DNA of 64,000 nt. Origin: Harriotta raleighana. Its lineage: Eukaryota. Below the pieces are notes generated by a model that was not told the DNA's origin, made no database searches, and saw only the letters and a list, made by a program, of their open reading frames with translations. Numbering within the stretch: position 1 is the stretch's first letter; every line of letters starts with the position of its first letter. Where the stretch lies: contig JBNZDD010013590.1 in the NCBI GenBank assembly GCA_050575255.1, forward strand, positions 1,737,534 to 1,801,533, read 5' to 3'. The translations under genes were made by a program, and so were the position numbers. This document shows positions 11,633 through 22,217 of this stretch, piece after piece.

Positions 11633-13179
11633 ATTTCTCCCTATGCTCTGACCAACAATACCCCAGATAAAATTGATCGTTTACTTAATGGCAGTTTGTG
11701 GGAATTAGCTGTGTGCACTTTGCCTGCAAATAGATAATTTCTACACATCACAGCAAAATCCTTCAACGCTCTTTGGGCATGTTAAGGCACTAAATCAAAT
11801 GCAAGAATTATTATTGTTGATAGCTTGCATTCTCAACGAGTTAAACGAATTGCGAACTTGGTGTCCTTATGATCGTTGGTGTGATGACATCACTGCTGTT
11901 GAATACACTGGCATGCGTCACAGAAGAGGAATCTGCAGCCTGAGTTAAATGGGATAACTAATGATTTAGCTCATTCTACAACCGATGGTAGTGATATAGT
12001 ACTGCTGACTTCAGAAGTCCATCTAAATGTAAATGAGTAAATGTGAAGGACATGAAAGAAGCTGTGGGGGAGAAAAAATGGGAAAAAGTCTGGGGAGGGA
12101 TATTGTGATTGTATTTAAACTTTCCTGGAACAAAGAAGTATGTAGCAATGACCTTGTTCTTTCATGACTGATCGTCACAATGAAATAAAGCTTTGTTTTT
12201 CACTCCTATATTATTCAACAGTGTAGATTGAACCCAAAAATGTTCCTAAATTTCTCAGTTGCGATTAAACCAATTATTCCTGCAGGAAACGGCAAAAAGT
12301 GAGTTATTTTCTAACCATTTTGAAAGCAATTGAGTATAACATTGACTCCCCCTGTCACTTTGCTCTACTTCCATGAGTATCACACTGATGTTCACTTCCC
12401 ATCCCTACATTGCCAGCAGTATAATTCTGACTACTCCACTCTATCACTCTATATTGAACAATTATTTTATCTCTCTTTGTCTCTGAGTAAAAGCGTGTGG
12501 AATCCGCACATGCCATGGTGCTTCTATTCTCTTATCAAGTATAGAATACATGATCAATGTCTGCATAGGATAAACAGTCAGTCACTCATTAAACAGTGAC
12601 ACTTCAGATCTGTCAACACGTAACTACCCATGTGTGTTCACTGACAGTGAGATTCAATGGTTATGAAGGAAGCAATTCATTCTTTGAATTTAGTAGTGAC
12701 TACCATTCAAGGCATCAAGCTGCTGATAGAAATGTTTTTTTTCCCCATCTATTAAGACATATTCTACAGAATTTGGACTTAGTTGCATACAGTCCTACTG
12801 CACAGAAGAAGGCCACTCAGCCTACCGCACCTGTGCCAGTAGAGAATGTCGGTAGAGGACGCAGAATAATTGAGAGAATTTTTTTCTTTAATTGTGTGTG
12901 ATTTTTTCCGATAAAATGCAAGGATTATTATTATATCTTCTCACAATTGTAAGTACAGTGTATGTTAAAAGAGGATTTAAAAAAAAATCTATTTTGAGTA
13001 TGATTACAGAGAAAATAAACATTATTCATTTCCTCCTGTTGATCATTCTCAGATGATTCTTAAGAGCTATCATTCTGTTTTCAGAGCTGTTCAACATTAG
13101 TAGGGTTAGGGCTTAAAACATTAGTAATATTAGGTGGTTTCATTAGACATTGCCCTAAAGAAGATTGATGCTCCCAAAT

Positions 13180-13510
13180 CCCTGGTTAAAATTCATGTAA
13201 AGTGGTGGTGATGTGAATGCCTGCACCCCTCAGGTACGGAGTGGAAAATTCAGCCATTATTTTTTCCCTCACTGATCCTTGCTGAAAAGAAGTTAGCTGA
13301 AGATAGATTCTCCCCACCCTCAGTCAGCTCCCACCCTCAGCCCCAGTGCTCAATCAGTAATGCCAAGTACTATACAACATCCTCCTGACATGAAACTCAA
13401 CCATGATCATTCTCCACAGTCAAATAGTCTACTGCCACTCTCTGTGTGGGATATCATGTGAAGAACAGTCATTTGTCTGAGGTGCTAGAGGACCCTCAGC
13501 TCTTGTGAGA
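13180..13510 (+). mobile_element. Family Y SINE-like repeat interrupted by an L2 tail (~13310-13395)
   Basis: Similarity to the 14190 and 60690 copies; the inserted tail resembles 13900-14015. Confidence 0.5.
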
Positions 13511-14189
13511 TGGCAAGAAAATATCCTTTGGTGACTATCCACCTTAAAGTCAGTGGGGTTATGGGGGCAGTCTTTGAAAATGTATTTGAATTTATCAATG
13601 TTGCATTGTATAAAATGTTTGGTGAACAATACAGTGGAAAGAATTATAATCATTCATCTCTGAGGTTTATGTAGACTCCAACCTAACACAATTAAAACAT
13701 TTTCTCCAACAGATGAAATTGTCCTAAATTCAATCTACGTACCCTGCAAAAGAAATGATCAGAAATCAATGATAAGAATATGATATTATTATAATAAGTA
13801 GCATTAATAGGTCAGCAACATTCTTAGATGAGCTGAGGACAGTTTGGAGTTGAAAATGTTACACTAAAGCTATATGAGCCTTTGGTCATCCTTTCCCTTC
13901 CCCACCTTCCTCACCGCCCACCCTCAGCTCCAGTGCCCAACCAGCAATGCCAAGCACTTACATGACATCCTCCCAACATGAAAGGACCTTTACAAATGTA
14001 AATTTGTATTGTATTTCACTGTACTGGCAAAACTACTTAACACTGGCGCACAATTCTAAAATGGAATAAAACATGTTATATTCTTGAGTTCTGATTCCCT
14101 CACTATAAAGACACGGCAGACATCTTAAAGATAAAAACCAGACATTCATTTACCAAATTGGGATTTGGAATGTTTGGTTGTGTGCAAAT

Positions 14190-14500
14190 CCATGTTATTT
14201 TCTCCCCTTTCTTCCTCTACAACTAAAGGTGTCAGAGCCCCTTTTCTTTTCACTGAGATGCAATTCTACTCTTGTCAGGTGTCTCCCTGTCATTCTCCCA
14301 AGTGACCATTATTCACATACACACCTTGATGGTGAGTGCTGGCAGGATTTTCGACATGAGCATCACAGCCAACCCTGATCCTGTCTTCAGGCAACATCAT
14401 ACTTGAAACTTCCAGCAAGAAACTCTGAATCAAAACTATGACTTTATTTGGAATGCCTCACCGTTATGTTAGCTTAGCTCAGCTAACGTAGCACAGACGG
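14190..14500 (-). mobile_element. Family Y SINE-like repeat
   Basis: Reverse complement reads gacaggatcagggttggctgtgatgc...tatgtgaataatggtcacttggg. Confidence 0.55.
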
Positions 14501-15204
14501 ATTTGTCACTCACTGTATAGGCAAACACTATGAGGTATCTCTGGCTTTATGCTCATTTGGCAGTGCCAGATCATTTTTCTCTTGAATCATTCTCACTAAT
14601 AATTTGCCATCGACGTAGATTGAATTAGACAAACAACCTGCAACTATGATGCTTTAATTTCTTATCTTAAAACCATGCCAACAAATCCAGATATGGCACC
14701 GAGTTCCAGTAAACTGTGTTTGTTAAAGTTACGGGATTGGGTTGTTGTGCTGATAAGTGGCCAGCTCCAATGCCAGTACAGCTGGAGAACCCATATGGCT
14801 TCCTCAATGTGTGAACACTGTTGTTTTATGTGGTATTTATTTTTTTATTCATCATGCCTGAAAAGACTCACCACAAAGCTTCCTTGTCTGAATGCATATC
14901 ACTGGATCAGTAAGCAATTGAAATGATATGCGGATAATCCTAGGCAATGGATTGACTCAAAATCCTGCCCTAATATATCATACAAAACAGAACTTTGTGG
15001 TAATTCTCAGTCATTGCCAATGTCACTGAAATAAAGATTGGAGTTTAATAGGCACATTTAATATTGATGTAATAGAGCCAACAGCAGCTTTCCTTTTTTA
15101 CGAGGTCATGGCAATCAGATCAGTGTGAAAGCATCTACATTGGCACGTTAACCCACGGCCTGTAGATTGTAGATGACAAGGCTGCTGATGGAGAAGGGCT
15201 GGTG

Positions 15205-15511
15205 ATAATAATAATCCTTGCATTTGATTTAGCATTTTTCACATCTTCTACACGTCTCAAAGGACTTCACAGAATATACGGTTAGGTGAATTGACTGTAT
15301 ATTTGTGGGCAAATCTTGGCAGCCAATTGTGCCCAGCAGTGTCCCACAAATGGTCATGGATTAAAAATGACCGATTTAAAAAAATTTTTTTGAGGGATTA
15401 TTATTAGGCCTGTGGAGGAAAACTTGCCCAAGGTTTCTCCTTGCCTGGAATGGAGCCCAGATATCTTGTTTGCAAGGCAAGTGTTCCAACCACTGAGCTA
15501 CAGGACTTTAC
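15205..15511 (-). mobile_element. tRNA-headed Deu-domain SINE
   Basis: Full-length reverse copy of the short family. Confidence 0.9.
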
Positions 15512-16555
15512 AAGGTGAAGGAAGTTCCAAGGTTGGATAGAGTCCATTGATGGAGACAGACATAGAAGATCACAGAGCTACAGACACTGAATAGGGAAAC
15601 ATTCAGAGATTGGCTGTCAATAGAAAAAACTGCTTTGGAAAATATTGGAAGCAGTGCCTGCTGATCAACAACAACAAAGCTATGAGATCATCGGGACAGA
15701 TCTCTGACTGGAGAAAGCTAGGTGAAGGGTCAAGGCCAACAGTGGTGGATTCTTTGAAAAGTATATGTGCAATGGTAAATTTCAAAGCATTAGATTTCTA
15801 AAAATGAGATTAGTTATTAACTCTTAAATCCTCATAAGTGAATTCACTCTGGAATCTGTGATTTGACAATGCTAACCTTTGATCTAGAGAATGTTTATTC
15901 ATTATAAACCCAGTCTTTGCAAAACCAGTTTTAATTCAGTAAAATTACTTTATAAAAAGTATTGCAGGTTCTGGAAGTAAGAATATAATACAGTACATAG
16001 ATGTAAAATTAAGAAAATTTAGGACAAAAGGGTATCATAAATAGGAAATAGCAAAATAAATCAAAACAAAAAAGACAAAAGAAATTGGGAAAAATAAACT
16101 GGAAAGAGGGAAGCAGTAAAATGTGAAGCCCAGAAAAGTACTTGAAAAGTTTTATATTCAGATTTAAACTTGTCCTTTTAACAGTCACCAAGTCATTATT
16201 ATAGTAATAAAACTGTTCTGATGTTTGAATAGCTTTATTGCTACAATCAATAATGGTTTCAGATGGTCATTTTATATGAACCGCGCTAAATAAAAATAAT
16301 AATCCTTAAACTGCTCTAGTTTGATATAGCACCTTATCTCATTGTTGATACAGCATAAAGTGCTTTGTAGAGTATACTGTAAAGTGTAATGCCTATGTAT
16401 TTTGTAAGTGAATGCAGCAGCCAATTTGTGCGCAACTATGTCCCATTGTTGAATAATTGATACTATGAACAATTTATTCCAGTGGGTTTTATTGCAGCTT
16501 CCCATAAATGGGCAAAATTAATAATGCACTAAAGCTTAACATTAATACCAAGAGG

Positions 16556-16980
16556 TGAGAGCAATACTACCGAGCCGGGTCTTGCAAAACTTTATGCTGG
16601 GGCCTCTTCGGTGTATGCTTTATTTCTTCTCAGTACTGCTGTCTATTTACAGCTCTTCCATCAGCTGGAGGTTCTTCTCTTCTTGAGTCGCGTGTTCCGA
16701 CTGACTTGTATTCTCAAGTCACCATATTTATACCCACTTTGTTCAGTCCATTCCCCTACAGTTCATGTGAACTGCCCAGCGTGCTCGTAGTTGGTTGTTC
16801 TTTGTCCACATTTACAGTCTCTCTTTTCCCACACCTGGTTATCTCTTACTCTGTTTACTGGAACATTCCGCACCTCCCTCTCACTGTCTGACTTCCTTAT
16901 CTAAGCTTCAGTTAACATTTGTCTCTTTATATGGTTCTACAGCTTAACTCAACATTTCCTTAACCCTTTACTTTGCAACA
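16556..16980 (-). mobile_element. Probable solo LTR
   Basis: Minus strand has TG...CA ends, TATAAATA (16725-16732) and AATAAA (16619-16624) about 100 nt downstream; 425 bp; no clean TSD. Confidence 0.55.
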
Positions 16981-17249
16981 GCAAGTGTTTTACATTTTAG
17001 CAGTTCAGCATTGTTAACAGTTTAACATTGAATCTCAACAATAGTCATGGAAATGAATGTCCAATTTTATTGGGGGGATTGTTGACTAAGAACATACGGA
17101 GAAACTCTCCTTTCTTGAATAGTTCTATGGGATCTTTAACGTTCACCTCAACAGGCAAGTAGGATCTTGGTTTAACGTCTTATCCAAAAGGCAATGTAGC
17201 ACACCCCCAGCATTGGATTAGGGTGTCAACCTAAACTACATTAATTCAA

Positions 17250-17738
17250 AAGGGTACAAAGAAGATTTACTAGGATGGTGCCAGGATTGAGGGACTTCAC
17301 CTATGTGGAAAGGCTAGATAGGCTAGGGTTATTCGCTCTAGAACAGAGAAGATTGAGGGGAGACCTAATAGAGGTTTATAAGATCATGAGGGGTTTCGAC
17401 AGGGCAAATAGAGAAAAACTATTTCCACTCGTGGGTGAATCTGTGACTCGTGGTCACAGATTTAAAATAGTTTCAAAGCGAAGTAGAGGGGAGCTGAGGA
17501 GAAATTTTTTCACTCAGCGAGTTGTTCGAATCTGGAATGCATTGCCTGAAAAGGTGGTGGAGGCTGATTCGATAACAACTTTTAAAAGGGAATTAGATCT
17601 TTATTTAGGGAGAACAGGTCTATTAGGCTATGGGGAGCGAGCAGGGCAGTGGGATTAAATCGCTCTTTTCAAAGAGCCGGCACAGACTAGATGGGCCGAA
17701 TGGCCTCCTTTTGTGCCGTAAACTTCTATGAATCTATG
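17250..17738 (+). mobile_element. CR1 LINE 3' end, young, inserted in an older minus-strand SINE
   Basis: Uninterrupted ORF2 C-terminus (ERLDRLGLFALEQRRLRGDLIEVYKIM...FFTQRVVRIWNALP) and a (TATGAATC)n tail; the host SINE resumes at ~17740-17770. Confidence 0.95.
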
Positions 17739-17886
17739 AAAATCCTGATGGAACTCACAACCTTCTGACTCATAGAAACATAGAAAGAGGAGTAGGCCAT
17801 TCAGCTCCTCAAGCCTGCTCTGCCATTCTATTAAGATCATGGCTGATTTGTACCTGAACTCCAATTACACAACCTTGCCCCATATA

Positions 17887-18566
17887 CAGTAAAAACCTGT
17901 TTATCCGGCACCCGCGGGACCTGGCCAATGCCAGTTAAATGGTCAGATCCAACGCTGAAAACCCAACACAAAAAAAAATAACTTATTTTAACACATACCA
18001 TATTAATAATAGATTAAATAATAACAGATAATAACAGAATTGGTACTTTATTGTAAATGTTGTACACTGTATACATAAATAATAGATTAAATACAGTAAT
18101 AACAGATACTGTAATAACAGAATATTGTATTAATACTTTATTATTTCTACTTAACATCTGCAATGGCGGCCGCCACGGGAGGAAAAAAACGCAACACGAC
18201 TTTAAAAAATGGCAGGCTCTACTAGCAGCAAGCCGAAATACCTGTAGATTCGGCTTGCCGCTAGTAGAGCCTGCCTTTTTTAAAAATGCGCCATCGCTAT
18301 TCTGCCATATAACTTCATCTGCAATGGCGGCCGCCACGGGAGGAAAAAAACGCAACACGACTTTAAAAAATGGCAGGCTCTACTAGCAGCAAGCCGAAAT
18401 ACCTGTAGATTCGGCTTGCCGCTAGTAGAGCCTGCCTTTTTTAAAAATGCGCCATCGCTATTCTGCCATATAACTTCCGGTTAATCGGATGGAGACTTTT
18501 TTTTTTGACGTGCCAGTTATACGGAAGTTCCAGTTCATTGAGTCATGGATAAACAAGCTTTTACTG
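17887..18566 (+). mobile_element. Tc1/mariner (Tigger/pogo-type) MITE, complete
   Basis: TA|cagtaaaaacctgtttatcc ... ggataaacaagcttttactg|TA: TIRs plus a TA target duplication. Confidence 0.9.
18155..18476. repeat. Exact 161-bp tandem duplication inside the MITE
   Basis: 18155-18315 is repeated at 18316-18476 with no N at the junction. Confidence 0.9.
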
Positions 18567-19503
18567 TACCTTGATACCCTAACATAACAAATATCTATTC
18601 ACCTCCATCTTGAAAATATGAATTGATGCAGCATTGTGGGTGGGAGAGTTCCAGATTTCCACCACCCTTTCGGTGAAAAACTGCTCCTGGATTTCATTCC
18701 TAAATGGTCTAGCTATAATTTTAAGAGCCAGCCCCCTTGTTCTGGATCCTGCCCGTCAAAGGATATCGTTTCTGAGGCAAGAAAGCTATAATTTGAGGCA
18801 GGCTAATATCTTTATCATTCAAATTGTTGCAATATTTTGTTCATTATGTTCTAAGATGAAATTCCAATGGGCATTATGTAAAGTGACTTTGGAGATGTTG
18901 CTCATGATATTTCCACATTATCATGGTACATATCACTAAAGAAGACATTATCTGGTCTACCAACCCATTCCAGATAACTTGCTCTTCACGCTGTGCAGCC
19001 CTTCAACTGCACAGCGTGAGGAGCAAGTTTCTGGTTGTTGCTAATTTTGCGAATAGCCACAAACGTTCAGCTACTTTGTCCCCCCTCAATAGAACCCTCT
19101 TCTGAAATCCCTCCATCTTGGCCCTTCCTTCTCTGCTTTGAAATCCCGCCTGAAGACTAACCTTTATGATTGTTCTTTATGGCCACTTTGCCACCACACT
19201 TGCTCCCACTCCATCCCTCCAGTTTGGTCCCTGATTGGACTCTTGAGAACCTCTACATATGTGTAAATTGTTGTTAGAGTCAATGTAGGAGTTAACCAAT
19301 GGCAAATTTCTCAAAGAAACTACACTTGAAGTGTTGGGTTATAACTCCAGGAGATTTCTAGAACTGTAAATTTTGGGGGGAGTGTGGAGGTGAGCATTTA
19401 AATTATTTCTACGGCATAAAAAATTAAGTGCACAATTCCAATTTGACTAAAAGTAACGAAGGTCAGGCATAATTTCTAAATCATGTGTGTTACACAAAGG
19501 TTG

Positions 19504-19819
19504 TGGAGTCCTGTAGCTCAGTGGTTAGAGCACTTGCCTTACAAGCGGGTAATCTGAGTTCAATTCCAAGCAGGGTAAGGCCATGGGCAAGTTTTCTTAC
19601 TCCACACGCCTGATTATAATCCCTCAAAAAAAATCAATAATAAATTGCTCAGTTTAAATCCACGACTGTTTGTCGGACACTACTGTGTGCAAATGGCTGC
19701 CGACGTTCGCCTACAAATATATAGTAAATTCACTTTACAATATACTTTATGAAGCATTTGGAAACGTGTAGAAGAAGTAAAAAGCAATATATCTAATGCA
19801 AGGATTATTATTATTATTA
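19504..19819 (+). mobile_element. tRNA-headed Deu-domain SINE
   Basis: gtggagtcctgtagctcagtggttagagc head, Deu core and (TAT)n tail. Confidence 0.9.
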
Positions 19820-19995
19820 CGACAAGGATTAATGTACCAGGGGTGCTCTTAGTGTTTATACTTCAGTAGCAGAAACTTGTTGAGTTGTGTATTTACTAAG
19901 ATAGATCATTTCCCCCAGAATTTCATAGATATTGGTACTTCCTAGTTAAAATCATATGTTTAATTTGTTTTTCACACTAGCAAAAAAATCCATCA

Positions 19996-20075
19996 CAACA
20001 ACAACAACAACAAAATTACATTTATAGAGCGCGTTTCACGTCAGGAGGACGTCCCAAGGCGCTGGACAGATGATT
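19996..20075 (-). mobile_element. L2 3' tail only (young)
   Basis: Reverse complement matches the tail at 29-109. Confidence 0.85.
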
Positions 20076-21599
20076 TCACCCTATCTTTGAACAGTTTGCT
20101 ATGCTATCATGCTTTTTATAGTTATCATTATCAGTTCAATTAGATATCCTGTAGTATTTAATTTGAATCTGCTAGCTTTGGTTAGTTCAATGAATGCTTC
20201 TTTGATCCATATTATCTCAATTTCCCCCTTTACTTCGAGTTTGAGGAAGTTTATTTTGCATCATTTGATGCTCAGTCTTTGTTAAGTGGCATACTGGCCA
20301 AAAGGACCAAAGAATATGATCTTTCCAACTAAGAAACTACAAGAGCCATTTACTGTATCACCAAATTACACTAGCCTAGTTCACACCTCAGCACATCTAA
20401 TCTATTTCATAGTAACAAAAAAAAGTAAACAATGTAGTATTTGGGTGCTATATTTTCTTAATATAAATCTCAATGAACTAGTTTCTACTTTTAAAACAAT
20501 CTTTCTTTTGATGTCAGGTAGTCTCAGTTTGCAATGCTCTTGTTTCTAAGGTCAGAAGGTTGTGGGTTCAAGTCCCACCTTTAGACTTTCTAATAATGTT
20601 GTGGAATGACTTTGTCAGATAGAGAGAGCTGTGTGAGCCCCAAATAGTTGGAGGTACTGGTCATTTGGATGAGATGTTAAACCAAGGTGTCATTTACATG
20701 TTCAGTGGACAATGTACCAGTCTATTTCAAGAATAGCTTCCTTTTTTGACACTTGTTTTAGTTTTGTGAACACAATTAGTTTCATAATATATTAGACATA
20801 AAATGCACAGAATCATAGAAGGAGGATGTCAGAAACAGGCCATTCGACTGGTCGGCTGGCATTTATTCTCCACAAGAATGTCTTTTCTAGATTTTAATCC
20901 TATTTCTATTCCCCAGTTTTTCCCAATGCCCCATAACTTTATTCTCGCTTAACTATGTGTCCGGTCTTTTTGAGTGTGCACATGAATGCTGACAGCAACT
21001 GACAGTGAAAAAGAATTTCACACTCCTCCAACTCTCTGTATGAAAACGTTTTTCCTAATTCCTGTTTTGGAGCTTCTGATTTCAAAACTCTGCTCTAGAG
21101 CATTTGAAATAATAACCCAAAGTAGGGTTCAGACTAGAATAACAATAACATTTATTGTCAGGAAACCAATGGTAACAATATTGTAAGCAAAATAATGTTA
21201 CCACTCTCTATCTGACAAAGTTGCCACATGTTGGATAACTTTGGAGGTTTGCCATGTTGATATTCAGTAAGCTATATACTGTGTTAAACCACTGAAGATT
21301 CAAATAGAATTCAATTGCCGAAGACTATAAATATTATAACTAATTTTTACTCCATCATTAATCACATTTAACATCGGGCAAATGGAATAGCAACTCATGT
21401 CAAGTTTTGCAGTCTGAAATTTAAATTATATTTACTTATATGAAAATCGGATAAAGGACAATGAGTAAGAAATTTGACTCAGATTTTACAGAGTTTTGAA
21501 TTAGAAAACTAAATGATGAATTCCTTTTTATGTGTACCAGTATGGACTTCCAAATGCATGAGCACAATTTGGTTTTTCCTATCTACAGTAATTAAAGAA

Positions 21600-22150
21600 G
21601 CACTTCTATGGAGCTCCTTTCATTGCTAATTAGGCAAAGAAATATCTTAGTGTAAAGTGAGACTTACAGGACCAGAGTCTCAGGTTGTTTCAATGCTATA
21701 TTTTAATTGACAATAGGTGGGTTTTATGATAGTGGTTATAGATTTGCCTGCTAAGTGCCATGGCATTCTGTGGCATAGAGATGGTTGTCAGGAGCCATTT
21801 ATCAATTCATCATCTAAATTCTCCAACAACCAATGTTGCATTCTGTCATCTATTCTGCAAAGCGCTTTGAGACATCGATAAGACGTGAAAAGCGCTATAT
21901 CAAATGCAAGGATTATTATTCTTATTTCACAAGCAACTGGTAAAGACAACTGGCTGTGAGTAATTGTGTCATGTGTAAAAGCTGGGAATTGTGCTTTCAA
22001 GTGAAGAATATTTTAACCCTTTGTTAAAAACTAACTGAACATTAATAGAATTAAATGCTTTCCTGTCAAGATAAGTTTTTGCATTTAGTTTAATTGAATA
22101 TATAACATGCAGTCTATAACATTCTGTGCCCTTGGATAGGTAGCAATAGA
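21600..22150 (-). pseudogene. Decayed PIF/Harbinger transposase fragment (SINE tail inserted at ~21850-21925)
   Basis: Across frameshifts: SIATYPRAQNVIDC / YLDRKAFNSINVQLVF / AQFPAFTHD / WLL, matching the Harbinger DDE motifs FPxVxGAIDC, NRKGxHSINVQ, PGSxHD and WLLGD. Confidence 0.75.
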
Positions 22151-22167
22151 ACAAAATTATTATTGTT

Positions 22168-22217
22168 TATTCACCTGACTCTCCACCAAAATGAAGTGGT
22201 GGAGAGTCAGGTGAATA
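22168..22217. repeat. Perfect 21-bp inverted repeat with 8-nt loop
   Basis: tattcacctgactctccacca (22168-22188) pairs with tggtggagagtcaggtgaata (22197-22217). Confidence 0.95.

Larger units (their letters stand above)
17771..18755 (-). mobile_element. CR1 3' fragment split by a MITE
   Basis: catagaaacatag tail and aggccattcagc hairpin; the CR1 sequence resumes at 18569 after the MITE. Confidence 0.8.

Noticed and set aside
19504-19575. tRNA-like sequence with a TAC anticodon loop (also in other copies)
   Set aside because: It is a SINE head: no acceptor-stem closure, and it continues into the Deu body.
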